Positions 52,628 through 62,022 of a stretch of DNA of 64,000 bases are shown piece after piece (position 1 is the first letter of the stretch; the number at the start of each line of letters is the position of its first letter). Made by a program: the position numbers and the translations under genes. The notes under the pieces were generated by a model. It saw only the letters and a list, made by a program, of their open reading frames with translations. It was not told the DNA's origin and made no database searches. Source of the stretch: an uncultured Lachnospiraceae bacterium (GTDB taxonomy: Bacteria; Bacillota; Clostridia; Lachnospirales; Lachnospiraceae); the NCBI GenBank assembly GCA_900550235.1, contig URRQ01000007.1:1072-65071 (forward strand), written 5' to 3'.

Positions 52628-53971
52628 ATGGAAATGTCATCTTCTAAGATGTTGATGACGGAAGGCTCTATTTGGAAGAAAATCACATATTTTGCGTTTC
52701 CTATATTTCTGGGAAATCTTTTTCAACAGATGTACAATACTGCCGACTCTTTGATCGTTGGAAATTTCTTGGGAAGTAATGCGTTGGCTGCAGTTAGTTC
52801 ATCTTCCAATCTGATTTTTTTGATGATAGGATTTTTTAGTGGAATCTCTATGGGAGCCGGTGTTGTCATTGCAAAATATTTTGGAGCCAGACAGAAAGAA
52901 AAAGTAGAACGAGCCGTACATACAACGGTTGCATTTGGTCTTGTCGCCAGTGTGTTTCTTACGATAGGCGGAGTTCTTTTGGCACCGCAGTTTTTAATCT
53001 GGATGGATACTCCGGAAAATGTATTGGCAGAATCGATTACATACTTTCGAGTATACTTTATGGGATCCTTTGGTTTCGTAATGTATAATGTGTTTGTCGG
53101 TATTCTGCAATCTGTTGGAGATAGTAAGCATCCGTTATATTATTTGATCGTATCATCAGTGATCAATATAATTCTAGATATTGTATTTATTACGGTATTT
53201 CATATGGGAGTGGGTTCCGCGGCTTTGGCAACAGCGATTTCTCAATTTGTGAGTGCAGGGTTATGTTTAATCCAGCTTTTAAAAACAAAAGATGAATATC
53301 GGGTCGTATTGAGAAAGATCCGGTTTGATAAGGAGATGATCGGACAAATCATAAAGATTGGTTTGCCTTCCGGAATTCAAAACTCTATTATTGCAATTGC
53401 GAATGTTGTTGTACAGTCAAGCATTAACTCTTTTGGCGAAATGGCGATGGCAGGTTGTGGGGCATATTCTAAGATTGAAGGATTTGCGTTCCTTCCGATT
53501 ACAAGTTTTACAATGGCGATTACAACGTTTGTAGGACAGAATTTAGGAGCCAAGCAATATGAGAGAGTAAGAAAAGGGGCAAAATTCGGAATTTTAAGCG
53601 CTGTGCTTTTGGCTGAAGCGATTGGAGTATTGATTTTTATCTTCGCACCATCGCTTACCGCCGCGTTTGACCGTACACCGGAAGTTATTATGTATGGAAC
53701 AGACCGTGCAAGAGTGGAAGCCTTTTTCTTCTGTCTGCTTGCGTATTCTCACGCGGTATCAGCGGTACTTCGAGGGGCAGGAAAATCTATGATACCAATG
53801 TTTGTTATGTTTGCATTTTGGTGTGTTGTTCGAGTATTTATTATTATAGTAGTAGGGAAGATTATACCGGGAATCGCTGTTGTATATTGGGTATATCCAA
53901 TTACATGGGGACTGAGTTCGATTACCTTTTTCATATATTATAAAAAGGCAGATTGGATGCGGGGATTTTAA
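52628..53971 (+). CDS. MATE-family efflux transporter
   Basis: QQMYNTADSLIVG, GDSKHP and GQNLGA motifs, about 12 TM helices. Confidence 0.93.
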   Translation: MEMSSSKMLMTEGSIWKKITYFAFPIFLGNLFQQMYNTADSLIVGNFLGSNALAAVSSSSNLIFLMIGFFSGISMGAGVVIAKYFGARQKEKVERAVHTTVAFGLVASVFLTIGGVLLAPQFLIWMDTPENVLAESITYFRVYFMGSFGFVMYNVFVGILQSVGDSKHPLYYLIVSSVINIILDIVFITVFHMGVGSAALATAISQFVSAGLCLIQLLKTKDEYRVVLRKIRFDKEMIGQIIKIGLPSGIQNSIIAIANVVVQSSINSFGEMAMAGCGAYSKIEGFAFLPITSFTMAITTFVGQNLGAKQYERVRKGAKFGILSAVLLAEAIGVLIFIFAPSLTAAFDRTPEVIMYGTDRARVEAFFFCLLAYSHAVSAVLRGAGKSMIPMFVMFAFWCVVRVFIIIVVGKIIPGIAVVYWVYPITWGLSSITFFIYYKKADWMRGF

Positions 53972-53991
53972 AAGATTATACAAACAATCAG

Positions 53992-54035
53992 AAAAAACAA
54001 GGTTCAGATGTTTTGGCATCTGAACCTTGTTTTTT
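53992..54035. terminator. Bidirectional terminator
   Basis: AAAAAACAAGGTTCAGATG / CATCTGAACCTTGTTTTTT. Confidence 0.85.
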
Positions 54036-55383
54036 AGGTACTTAATCGTTTCTTTTTTTGATAAAAGTAATATGGAATCAATAGAATAGCTGTAGCTCCC
54101 CAGGAGACTGGGTAACTATACAGTAAGGTTGCTACGTCTTTTGTAATTGGTGTCAGGACTAATGCCATTGGTACACGTACGAGACAAACACCGCCAAGTG
54201 TGATCAGTGTTGGAATAATAACATCACCGACTCCGCGAAGAGCTCCGGATAGAATTTCAATAAATACGAAAATCATATAGCTTGGGATGATAAGCTTTAA
54301 CATCCACACACCAAGATCTACAACCGCCTGATCCGTCGTGAAGATATGATAAAGCGGGCGACAGAATACGGTTAAAAATGTCAGGAGACACGCACAAGTT
54401 CCAAATGACATGAGAAGGCAGACCCGGGTACTTTTTTTGACTCTATCGTATTTTTGAGCTCCATAATTCTGTCCGGCAAATGTAGTAACAGCGATACCAA
54501 ATGCGCCAAGTATCGTCCAAAAGATAGCGTCCAATTTGCCGAAGGCGGCCCAGGCAGCCGCGATATCAGTACCAAATCCATTTACAGAGGTTTGGATAAT
54601 GATATTGGTAATTGCATAGAGGCAAGACTGAATGCCACTAGGTAGTCCGATTTTAAACTCAGATTGGAACAGTTTTCCATGTAAGCGGATCTCCCGAAGA
54701 TGAAGCTTTAGTATTTGATAAGAATTCATCAATGCTTTGGTTACTAAAATTGCGCTGATCGCCTGGGAAATTAAAGTAGCTAAAGCAGCGCCTGCGATTC
54801 CCATGTGGAATACAACAACAAACAAAAGGTCAAGAATAATATTGACAAAACAGCAAATGATGAGATAGATCAATGGCCGTCTGGAATCCCCGATGGCACG
54901 CATGATACTGGAACCCATGTTATAAATAAAAGTAAAGATGATTCCGCAAAAATTAATTTTAAGATATACTACCGAGTCTGCAAGGACTTCTTTTGGCGTA
55001 TTCATTGCTTCTAACATCCAGGAGGCAGAAAAAAATCCGATGATCGAGATGATAACACCGAATAATAAAGAAGAAGCATACGCAGTATGTAAGCCATCCT
55101 GTAAATTCTTTTTATCACCGGCGCCGCAGAACTGAGAAATAACAACAGTTGCACCTGCAGAAAGTCCGGTGAAAAAGCCGATAACCAGATTGGAAAGAAC
55201 AGCTGCAGAACCACCGACGCTGGCGAGCGCCTGCTTGCCTACAAATCGTCCAACAATAATGGCATCGACTGTGTTATATAGCTGTTGAAAAAAAGTTCCC
55301 ACTACAATGGGAAAGAAGAAAATTAAAAGTTGTTTCCAGATAACTCCGGAAATGATGGGGTTATTTGTCTTTGTTTCGCTCAT
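54034..55383 (-). CDS. MATE-family efflux transporter
   Basis: QQLYNTVDAIIVG, GDSRRP and GQNYGA motifs. Confidence 0.93.
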   Translation of the reverse strand: MSETKTNNPIISGVIWKQLLIFFFPIVVGTFFQQLYNTVDAIIVGRFVGKQALASVGGSAAVLSNLVIGFFTGLSAGATVVISQFCGAGDKKNLQDGLHTAYASSLLFGVIISIIGFFSASWMLEAMNTPKEVLADSVVYLKINFCGIIFTFIYNMGSSIMRAIGDSRRPLIYLIICCFVNIILDLLFVVVFHMGIAGAALATLISQAISAILVTKALMNSYQILKLHLREIRLHGKLFQSEFKIGLPSGIQSCLYAITNIIIQTSVNGFGTDIAAAWAAFGKLDAIFWTILGAFGIAVTTFAGQNYGAQKYDRVKKSTRVCLLMSFGTCACLLTFLTVFCRPLYHIFTTDQAVVDLGVWMLKLIIPSYMIFVFIEILSGALRGVGDVIIPTLITLGGVCLVRVPMALVLTPITKDVATLLYSYPVSWGATAILLIPYYFYQKKKRLST

Positions 55384-55519
55384 TTTGATCTCACTCCTTT
55401 ATATTTACTTCTTCATCTAGCATCATATCATATGCGAAGAAAAATGAAAACAGAAAAATATCCGGTATTGTAATGTGAAACATTCGGTATATAATAGAGA
55501 AAGACGAGGAGGTTCTATT

Positions 55520-56926
55520 ATGGGGAAAAGAATGGGGATTAAACGTGAAATCAATGTCCGTGGTTTTTTTACAATGGTTGTCATACTTGTTTTATCAACG
55601 ATACTTGGTTTTGTGTTTCATGACCTTGGATTTCGCGAAGGAAATATTATCGTTGTATATATACTTGGAGTTCTGATCATTGCAGTCATTACGGCAAGCA
55701 GATTTTGGAGTATTCTTTCATCGTTGCTGAGTGTGCTTTTGTTTAACTTTTTATTTACGATTCCACGGTTTACTTTTTGGGCATATGGATCTGAGTATCC
55801 GATCACATTTGCAATTGTTTTTTTAGCTGCAGTTATTGCAAGTAATCTGGCGATTCAGCTTAGAAGGCAGGCAGAACAGTCTGCACAGATGGCACAACGC
55901 TCGAAAATCTTACTGGAGACGAATCAGATTTTGCAAAAAGCACAGAATAAGGAAGAAATTATTGAAGAAACTGTTCGTCAGCTGGAAAAATTAACCGGAC
56001 GAACTGTAGTTTACTGTAAAGAGCTTCCAAATGATGCGGAATATATTTATCTGACGATTCAAAAAGACAAAGATACATATGGAGCAGTAGGAATAGAGAA
56101 AAAGGAAGGTAAGCTGGAATCTTTTGAAAAGAATCTTTTACTGGCAATTTTAGGAGAGTGTGCGTTGGCTTTGGAAAAAGAAGAATTCAACCGTAAAAGA
56201 GAAGAGGCGCTTGCTCAGGCACAAAATGAGCAAATGCGTGCAAATCTTCTTCGTTCGATTTCTCATGACCTTAGAACGCCGCTTACCAGTATTTCCGGGA
56301 ATTCCGGAATTTTGTTGAAAAATGGAGAGAGTTTGGACGAAGAAAAGCGAAGAAAGCTTTATTCCGATATTTATGATGACTCTATGTGGCTGATCAGCCT
56401 TGTAGAAAATCTGTTATCTGTCACAAGGTTGGAAGAGGGAACTATGAACCTGAATATGCAAATAGAACTGGTAGATGAAGTGATCGAAGAAGCGTTGAAA
56501 CATGTGAACCGGAAAAGGTCAGAACATCATCTTCAGTTTCAGCCGTCGGATGAAATTATTTTAGCAAAGATGGATTCTAGATTGATTGTACAAGTGATTA
56601 TTAATTTGGTAAATAATGCGATTGAATATACGCAAAAAGGTTCAGAAATTATTGTGAAATCAGAGAAGAAAGAGAAGTGGATTGAAATCTCTGTTTCAGA
56701 TAACGGGAAAGGAATTTCAAAAGAAGCGAAGAAAAAAGTTTTTGAGATGTTTTATACAGAAAAAAATAATATGGCAGACAGTCGCAGAGGAATGGGGCTT
56801 GGCTTATTCTTATGTGAATTAATTGTCGAGAGTCATGGCGGTAAGATAAAAGTAGAAGATAATAAACCAAAAGGAACGATATTTACATTTACGTTGCCGG
56901 CAGAGGAGGTTAGAATTAATGAATAA
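55520..56926 (+). CDS. KdpD-like sensor histidine kinase (short form without N-terminal KdpD/Usp domains)
   Basis: Four-TM region with LFNFLFTIPRFTF, SISHDLRTPLT H-box and HATPase boxes. Confidence 0.88.
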   Translation: MGKRMGIKREINVRGFFTMVVILVLSTILGFVFHDLGFREGNIIVVYILGVLIIAVITASRFWSILSSLLSVLLFNFLFTIPRFTFWAYGSEYPITFAIVFLAAVIASNLAIQLRRQAEQSAQMAQRSKILLETNQILQKAQNKEEIIEETVRQLEKLTGRTVVYCKELPNDAEYIYLTIQKDKDTYGAVGIEKKEGKLESFEKNLLLAILGECALALEKEEFNRKREEALAQAQNEQMRANLLRSISHDLRTPLTSISGNSGILLKNGESLDEEKRRKLYSDIYDDSMWLISLVENLLSVTRLEEGTMNLNMQIELVDEVIEEALKHVNRKRSEHHLQFQPSDEIILAKMDSRLIVQVIINLVNNAIEYTQKGSEIIVKSEKKEKWIEISVSDNGKGISKEAKKKVFEMFYTEKNNMADSRRGMGLGLFLCELIVESHGGKIKVEDNKPKGTIFTFTLPAEEVRINE

Positions 56927-57332
56927 ACCATTGATATTAGTAGTAGAAGATGACCATGCAATATGCAACTTGATCACCACAACATTAGAAACACAAGACT
57001 ACCGGTTTCACACAGCGCCAAATGGGGCGCAAGCGCTTTTGGAAGCGGTATCACAACAACCGGATATCATGCTGTTGAATCTGGGGCTTCCGGATATGGA
57101 TGGATTAGAAATTATTAAAAAAGTAAGATCGTGGTCCAATCTTCCGATTATAGTGATCAGCGCCAGAAGTGAAGATAGGGATAAAATAGAAGCACTGGAT
57201 GCCGGAGCGGATGATTATTTGACCAAACCATTTTCAGTAGAAGAATTGCTGGCCAGACTTCGTGTTACGTTAAGAAGGTTTCAGTACATGACAAGCCAAA
57301 TGAGTCAGGAAGAACAGGAATTTATTAATTGA
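56919..57332 (+). pseudogene. Truncated KdpE-like response regulator
   Basis: Receiver domain only. The phospho-acceptor position reads N (LLNLGLPD), and the ORF stops where the winged helix should begin. Confidence 0.8.
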
Positions 57333-58165
57333 AAGAGTGAGGCAGCAATTCGTTCTGAAGTATTCAAATGCTCATAAGATGCAGTTCCATTTTCACAGAT
57401 AAACAGAAGAACAGCGCCTCCGAATATCAAGCATACTGTTATAAAAAGCACAAGCTTTGTATGAAGGCGCATATGTCGGAAATCGAGCTTTGTCGAAATC
57501 ATATCATGCCATACGAAGAATCCGAGACCACCAATGATGATCAGAAGCATAATGACCAGGTTTAAATACCAGTTTCACACTTCGGCTGTCAATGAAGAAA
57601 ACTGTGCTTGAGATCCCATCAAATCAAATCCGGCATTACAAAAAGCAGAAATGCTGTGAAAGATGGAAAACCAGATTCCTTGTGTTACTCCAAGCTGCGG
57701 GCAAAAATGAAAGGCCAAAAGTATTGCACCGGTTACTTCAACAACAACTGTACCGAGAAGAATGAACTTGGTCATCTTTACAATACCGCCAATCTGCGGA
57801 GCAGAAACCGAATTCTGCATAAGAGAGCGGGAAAAAAGTCCAATTTTTCTCTTTGTAACTGTCATGATTGCAATACATAAAGTCATAAATCCCATTCCAC
57901 CGATTTGTATTAAGGAAAGAATTACAATCTGACCAAATAATGACCAATGAGTATAGGTGTCAAATTGAATGAGACCGGTTACACAAGTGGCGGATGTGGC
58001 AGTAAAAAAACTGGTCAACAGATTTTCTGTACCAGGAACTTTTACCGCGATAGGAAGGCTTAAAAGAAGTGTTCCTATCGCAATGATTGTACAGTAACCG
58101 AGTAAAAGGATCTTCATCGGAGAAAGATGAAGAAAATAGTTGTAAAGTTTATTTGCGGTTGACAT
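57330..58165 (-). pseudogene. KtrB/TrkH potassium-uptake membrane subunit, internal stop and 3' truncation
   Basis: TSATCVTGL, SAFCNAGF and IIGGLGF motifs. In-frame TGA at 57575-57577. Similarity ends at ASLFQ, where it abuts kdpE. Confidence 0.85.
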
Positions 58166-58269
58166 AATACATCCTCTTTTTTACATATTAATATAATTCG
58201 CTTATAGCATAGTAATCATATGATTTTCCCATAAGTTTGACAATAAAAAAACATTAAGAAAAAACCTTC

Positions 58270-58318
58270 TGTATAAAGATTGTATAAAGATATCATACAC
58301 CTTTATACAATCTTTATG
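58270..58318. promoter_or_regulatory. Mirror-image pair of KdpE/OmpR-type tandem boxes
   Basis: TTTAT(A/G) repeats at 11-bp spacing on each strand, forming a 17-bp inverted repeat (58273-58289 / 58301-58317). Confidence 0.6.
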
Positions 58319-58389
58319 TGATAAGAATTGTATTTACTATAACTTTATAAAAACAAGGGTATCATAAGATAAGAAAGAAGGTTGAAAAT

Positions 58390-58506
58390 ATGATAAATAT
58401 AGAATTGATTGTTTTATTGGGCGTAATGTTTGGCGTTGGATATAAAATCATGGATAAGATAGATGAATTTATAGAAAATGGAGGGATTTCTAAAGAAGAG
58501 AATTGA
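58390..58506 (+). CDS. Small membrane protein, 38 aa (not in ORF track)
   Basis: MINIELIVLLGVMFGVGYKIMDKIDEFIENGGISKEEN*, purine-rich RBS AGAAGG, one hydrophobic helix. Confidence 0.55.
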   Translation: MINIELIVLLGVMFGVGYKIMDKIDEFIENGGISKEEN

Positions 58507-58531
58507 CAATTCGTATGTCTAGTGGTATTCT
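58503..58531 (+). promoter_or_regulatory. Sigma-A promoter of the SDR gene
   Basis: TTGACA-N17-TATTCT with an extended TG. Confidence 0.65.
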
Positions 58532-58591
58532 GTAAACAAAGAAAATAGTAACTATTACTGAAATCGTTATTAAAATAACAAGGAGGATACT

Positions 58592-59392
58592 ATGGGACAT
58601 TTGACAGGTAAGACAGCGATTATCACAGGTGGAGGAAGAGCGGTATTATCAGACGGAAGCTGTGGATCTATCGGATATGGTATCGCAACGGCATATGCAA
58701 AAGAAGGAGCAAATATAGTAATTACGGGAAGAAATGTAAAGAAATTAGAAGAAGCGAAAGAGGAACTGGAGAGACTTTACGGAGTGAAGGTTCTTCCGGT
58801 ACAGGCAGATGTGAGTGCAGGCGCAGATAATGAGACAGTTGTAAATAACGTGATCAAGCAGGCTGTAGATACATTTGGAAGAATCGATGTGCTGATCAAT
58901 AATGCGCAGGCTTCTGCATCTGGTGTTACGATCGAGGATCATACGACAGAACAGTTTGATCTTGCAATTTATTCCGGATTATATGCAGTATATTATTACA
59001 TGAAAGCATGCTATCCGTATTTGAAAGAAACAAAGGGAACAGTAATCAACTTTGCCTCCGGTGCAGGGTTGTTTGGAAACTACGGACAGTGTTCCTATGC
59101 AGCAGCAAAAGAAGGTATTCGCGGACTTTCCAGAGTGGCAGCTACAGAATGGGGAAAAGACGGAATTAACGTAAATGTAATCTGTCCTCTTGCATGGACG
59201 GCACAGCTTGAGAATTTTGAGAAGGCATATCCAGATGCGTTCAAAGCTAATGTAAAGATGCCGCCGATGGGGCATTATGGAAATGTGGAAACAGAGATTG
59301 GACGTGCGTGTGTTGGTCTTGCTTCCCCTGATTTTAAATATTTAAGTGGAGAAACACTTACATTAGAAGGCGGTATGGGACTTAGACCTTAA
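58592..59392 (+). CDS. SDR oxidoreductase, probable bile-acid 12alpha-hydroxysteroid dehydrogenase
   Basis: TGGG...SIGYGIA with an expanded Gly loop, NNAQ and YAAAK. From recall it closely resembles characterised gut clostridial 12alpha-HSDHs. Confidence 0.8.
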   Translation: MGHLTGKTAIITGGGRAVLSDGSCGSIGYGIATAYAKEGANIVITGRNVKKLEEAKEELERLYGVKVLPVQADVSAGADNETVVNNVIKQAVDTFGRIDVLINNAQASASGVTIEDHTTEQFDLAIYSGLYAVYYYMKACYPYLKETKGTVINFASGAGLFGNYGQCSYAAAKEGIRGLSRVAATEWGKDGINVNVICPLAWTAQLENFEKAYPDAFKANVKMPPMGHYGNVETEIGRACVGLASPDFKYLSGETLTLEGGMGLRP

Positions 59393-59431
59393 TGATAATA
59401 AGTGATCATCGGATTAAAAATGAACAGAAAC

Positions 59432-59462
59432 AGGATCGGGACGTAAGTTTCGGTCCTTTTTT
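59432..59462 (+). terminator. Intrinsic terminator
   Basis: AGGATCGGGAC / GTTTCGGTCCT stem followed by a T run. Confidence 0.7.
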
Positions 59463-59478
59463 CGAAGGAGGTTAAGGC

Positions 59479-61344
59479 ATGCAGATTGCGGATTTGAGAA
59501 TTCAAAATTTTAAATCAATCAGAGATATACATATTGATGGAATTGAAAATGCTTTGATTCTTGTGGGGAAAAACAATACCGGGAAGACAGCGGTGTTGGA
59601 TGCAATCCGGGCAGTATTCGGAGAGTATGAAGTTCAGGAAGAGGATTTTCAAGAGGATTATCCTAATATTGAGATTAGAGTTGCGCTGACGATTGGAGAA
59701 GAAGATTTATATCGTTTGCATGAAAACGGAAGGATCAGCCAATATCGGAGATATGAAGCATGGTATAAAGACTTTTGTAAGAAGCTGCCTTCCTATAAAA
59801 ATGGGCAGCTTGTGTTTGAATTTGTTGTAAACCGGGAAGGAAAGATACGTTACGGAGATGGGTATCAGAAACATAACAGCTATATCCCACAAATTTTTCC
59901 AAAAGTATATTATATCGATGCTCAGAGGAAACTGGATCGTCTGCAAGAGGATATATTGACGCTGCAGGAAGATGAATTGCTGAAACAGATGCGTTCCGGA
60001 AGCTGTATGTTCGACCGTGCGAAAAAATGTAATCATTGCTTTTCGTGTATAGGATTACTTTATCAAAAATCGACAGAGGAGCTGAATGCATTTGAAACAG
60101 CAAAGCTATTGGATTATAAACTGTATCAGTTGAATTTGGACACATTTTCGGGAAAAGTAAATGCAAACTTCCGGAAGAACGGAGGAAGTGAACAGATATA
60201 TTATTCTATGAACCGTGACATTGAAAAAATGTTATCGGTGACGGCAGAAGTATATGATGCCAAACAAGAACGGTATAAATCTATAGATTGTCTCGGAAAA
60301 GGAATGCGAAGTATCTATATGCTTTCTCTTTTGGAGACATGTGAGGAAGACAGAGACTGGAATTCGGATATTATTATTGTGGAAGACCCGGAGATATTTT
60401 TACACCCAAAGATGCAGAGGGTGTCGGGGGATATTTTATATCGGCTATCCAAATCCGGTCAGGTTATCTTTTCTACCCATTCACCGAATTTGATTTCAAA
60501 CTTTAACAGCAGACAGATTCGGCAGATGGATCAAGGCGAAGACGGATATTCCATGGTATATGAAAAGACAGATGTGAGCGCGCTTCTTGATGACTTGGGA
60601 TATTCAGCAAATGATTTGATGAACGTAAACTTTGTGTTTATTGTGGAAGGAAAGCAGGATAAGACAAGGCTTCCGCTTCTTTTGAAGAAATACTATTCAG
60701 AAATCTACGATCAAGACGGTGAGCTTGTGCGTGTAGCGATCATTACAACAAACAGCTGTACAAATATCAAGGCGTATGCGAATTTGAAATATATGAATCA
60801 GATTTATTTACGGGATAATTTTTTAATGATCCGGGATGGAGACGGAAAAGACAGGGAGGAATTAAGACATCAGCTTTGTAAATATTATGAAGACCGGAAT
60901 TTGGAAGATATCGATCGACTTCCTCGCGTGACGGAAAAGAATGTGCTGATTCTGAAATACTATTCTTTTGAAAATTATTTTCTCAATCCAAAGATTATGG
61001 TACAATTAGGAATTATAAAATCAGAAGAACAGTTTTATCGCATTTTTTTAGCAAAGTGGAAAGAATATCTTCATAAAATCAAAAGTGGGCGCATTCTGCA
61101 GGAAAAGATTGGAAAGAATTTGGAAACGGTAGAGGATGTAAAGCTTTATATGGAAGAAATCAAGACTTATATGCGGGGGCATAATCTGTATGATATCTTC
61201 TATGGAAGATATAAACATGAAGAGCAGGAAATCCTGAGTCGTTATATTGAGCTTGCAGGACGAGAGGATTTTGAAGATATTTTAGACGCAGTCGAGAGGT
61301 TCTTCTATTTTGAAAGCAGGAAGAAAGAAGAAAACGGAGTATAA
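59479..61344 (+). CDS. OLD-family ATP-dependent nuclease (ABC ATPase plus TOPRIM)
   Basis: NFKSI, GKNNTGKT, VEDPEIFLHP and STHSP in the ATPase, VEGKQD and RDGD in the TOPRIM domain, then SFENY. Confidence 0.88.
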   Translation: MQIADLRIQNFKSIRDIHIDGIENALILVGKNNTGKTAVLDAIRAVFGEYEVQEEDFQEDYPNIEIRVALTIGEEDLYRLHENGRISQYRRYEAWYKDFCKKLPSYKNGQLVFEFVVNREGKIRYGDGYQKHNSYIPQIFPKVYYIDAQRKLDRLQEDILTLQEDELLKQMRSGSCMFDRAKKCNHCFSCIGLLYQKSTEELNAFETAKLLDYKLYQLNLDTFSGKVNANFRKNGGSEQIYYSMNRDIEKMLSVTAEVYDAKQERYKSIDCLGKGMRSIYMLSLLETCEEDRDWNSDIIIVEDPEIFLHPKMQRVSGDILYRLSKSGQVIFSTHSPNLISNFNSRQIRQMDQGEDGYSMVYEKTDVSALLDDLGYSANDLMNVNFVFIVEGKQDKTRLPLLLKKYYSEIYDQDGELVRVAIITTNSCTNIKAYANLKYMNQIYLRDNFLMIRDGDGKDREELRHQLCKYYEDRNLEDIDRLPRVTEKNVLILKYYSFENYFLNPKIMVQLGIIKSEEQFYRIFLAKWKEYLHKIKSGRILQEKIGKNLETVEDVKLYMEEIKTYMRGHNLYDIFYGRYKHEEQEILSRYIELAGREDFEDILDAVERFFYFESRKKEENGV

Positions 61345-61347
61345 GAC

Positions 61348-62022
61348 ATGAAAACAATTCTGTTACTGGAAGATGATAAAAACCTGAATACGATGATCGC
61401 CGGAAGACTTCGAAAAGAAGGATACCAAGTGCTACAAGCATTTTCGATTGCGGAGGCAAAGAGAATTTCTGACGAAGAAGACATTGCTATGGTAATCAGC
61501 GATGTCATGCTTCCGGATGGAAATGGTATGGAGTTTGCTTCCCGAATCCGTAAAGAAAGAGGAGCGTTTCTCATCTATTTGACGGCGATGGATCAGGAGA
61601 TGGATATTCTAAGCGGATATGACGGAGGGGCAGACGATTATATTACAAAGCCGTTTAGTCTTTTAATCCTCTTGTCCAAAGTGAATGCGTTTATGAGAAG
61701 ATATCAGGAACGAGAAGAAGGTGGATATGTGTCCGATGGAATCGAGGTGGATCTTCGGGAGATGAAGGTGACCAGGCATGAAGAACCGGTTGCATTAAGC
61801 AAAAAGGAGATACAGATCTTGATCTTGCTTTTGGAGAATGGGGGGCATATTCTATCGAAGGAACAGATCTTGGAACAGGTGTGGGATAAAGACGGACAGT
61901 TTGTAGACGATAATACTGTGACAGTCAATATCAGCCGCTTGAAGAACAAACTGGAAACAGAAGCCATTTCGAATGTGAGGGGAATCGGGTATTTATGGAC
62001 AGAACCGGTAAAAAGAAAGTAA
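61348..62022 (+). CDS. OmpR-family response regulator
   Basis: LEDD, DVMLPDG, DDYITKPF and winged helix NVRGIGY. Confidence 0.94.
   Translation: MKTILLLEDDKNLNTMIAGRLRKEGYQVLQAFSIAEAKRISDEEDIAMVISDVMLPDGNGMEFASRIRKERGAFLIYLTAMDQEMDILSGYDGGADDYITKPFSLLILLSKVNAFMRRYQEREEGGYVSDGIEVDLREMKVTRHEEPVALSKKEIQILILLLENGGHILSKEQILEQVWDKDGQFVDDNTVTVNISRLKNKLETEAISNVRGIGYLWTEPVKRK

Noticed and set aside
57575..57577. In-frame TGA in ktrB as selenocysteine or programmed readthrough
   Set aside because: It falls in a loop position best explained as a nonsense change (for example GGA to TGA), and the gene is also truncated.
59479..61344. Calling the OLD gene a Gabija or retron system
   Set aside because: No UvrD-like partner, reverse transcriptase or msr-msd structure is nearby.
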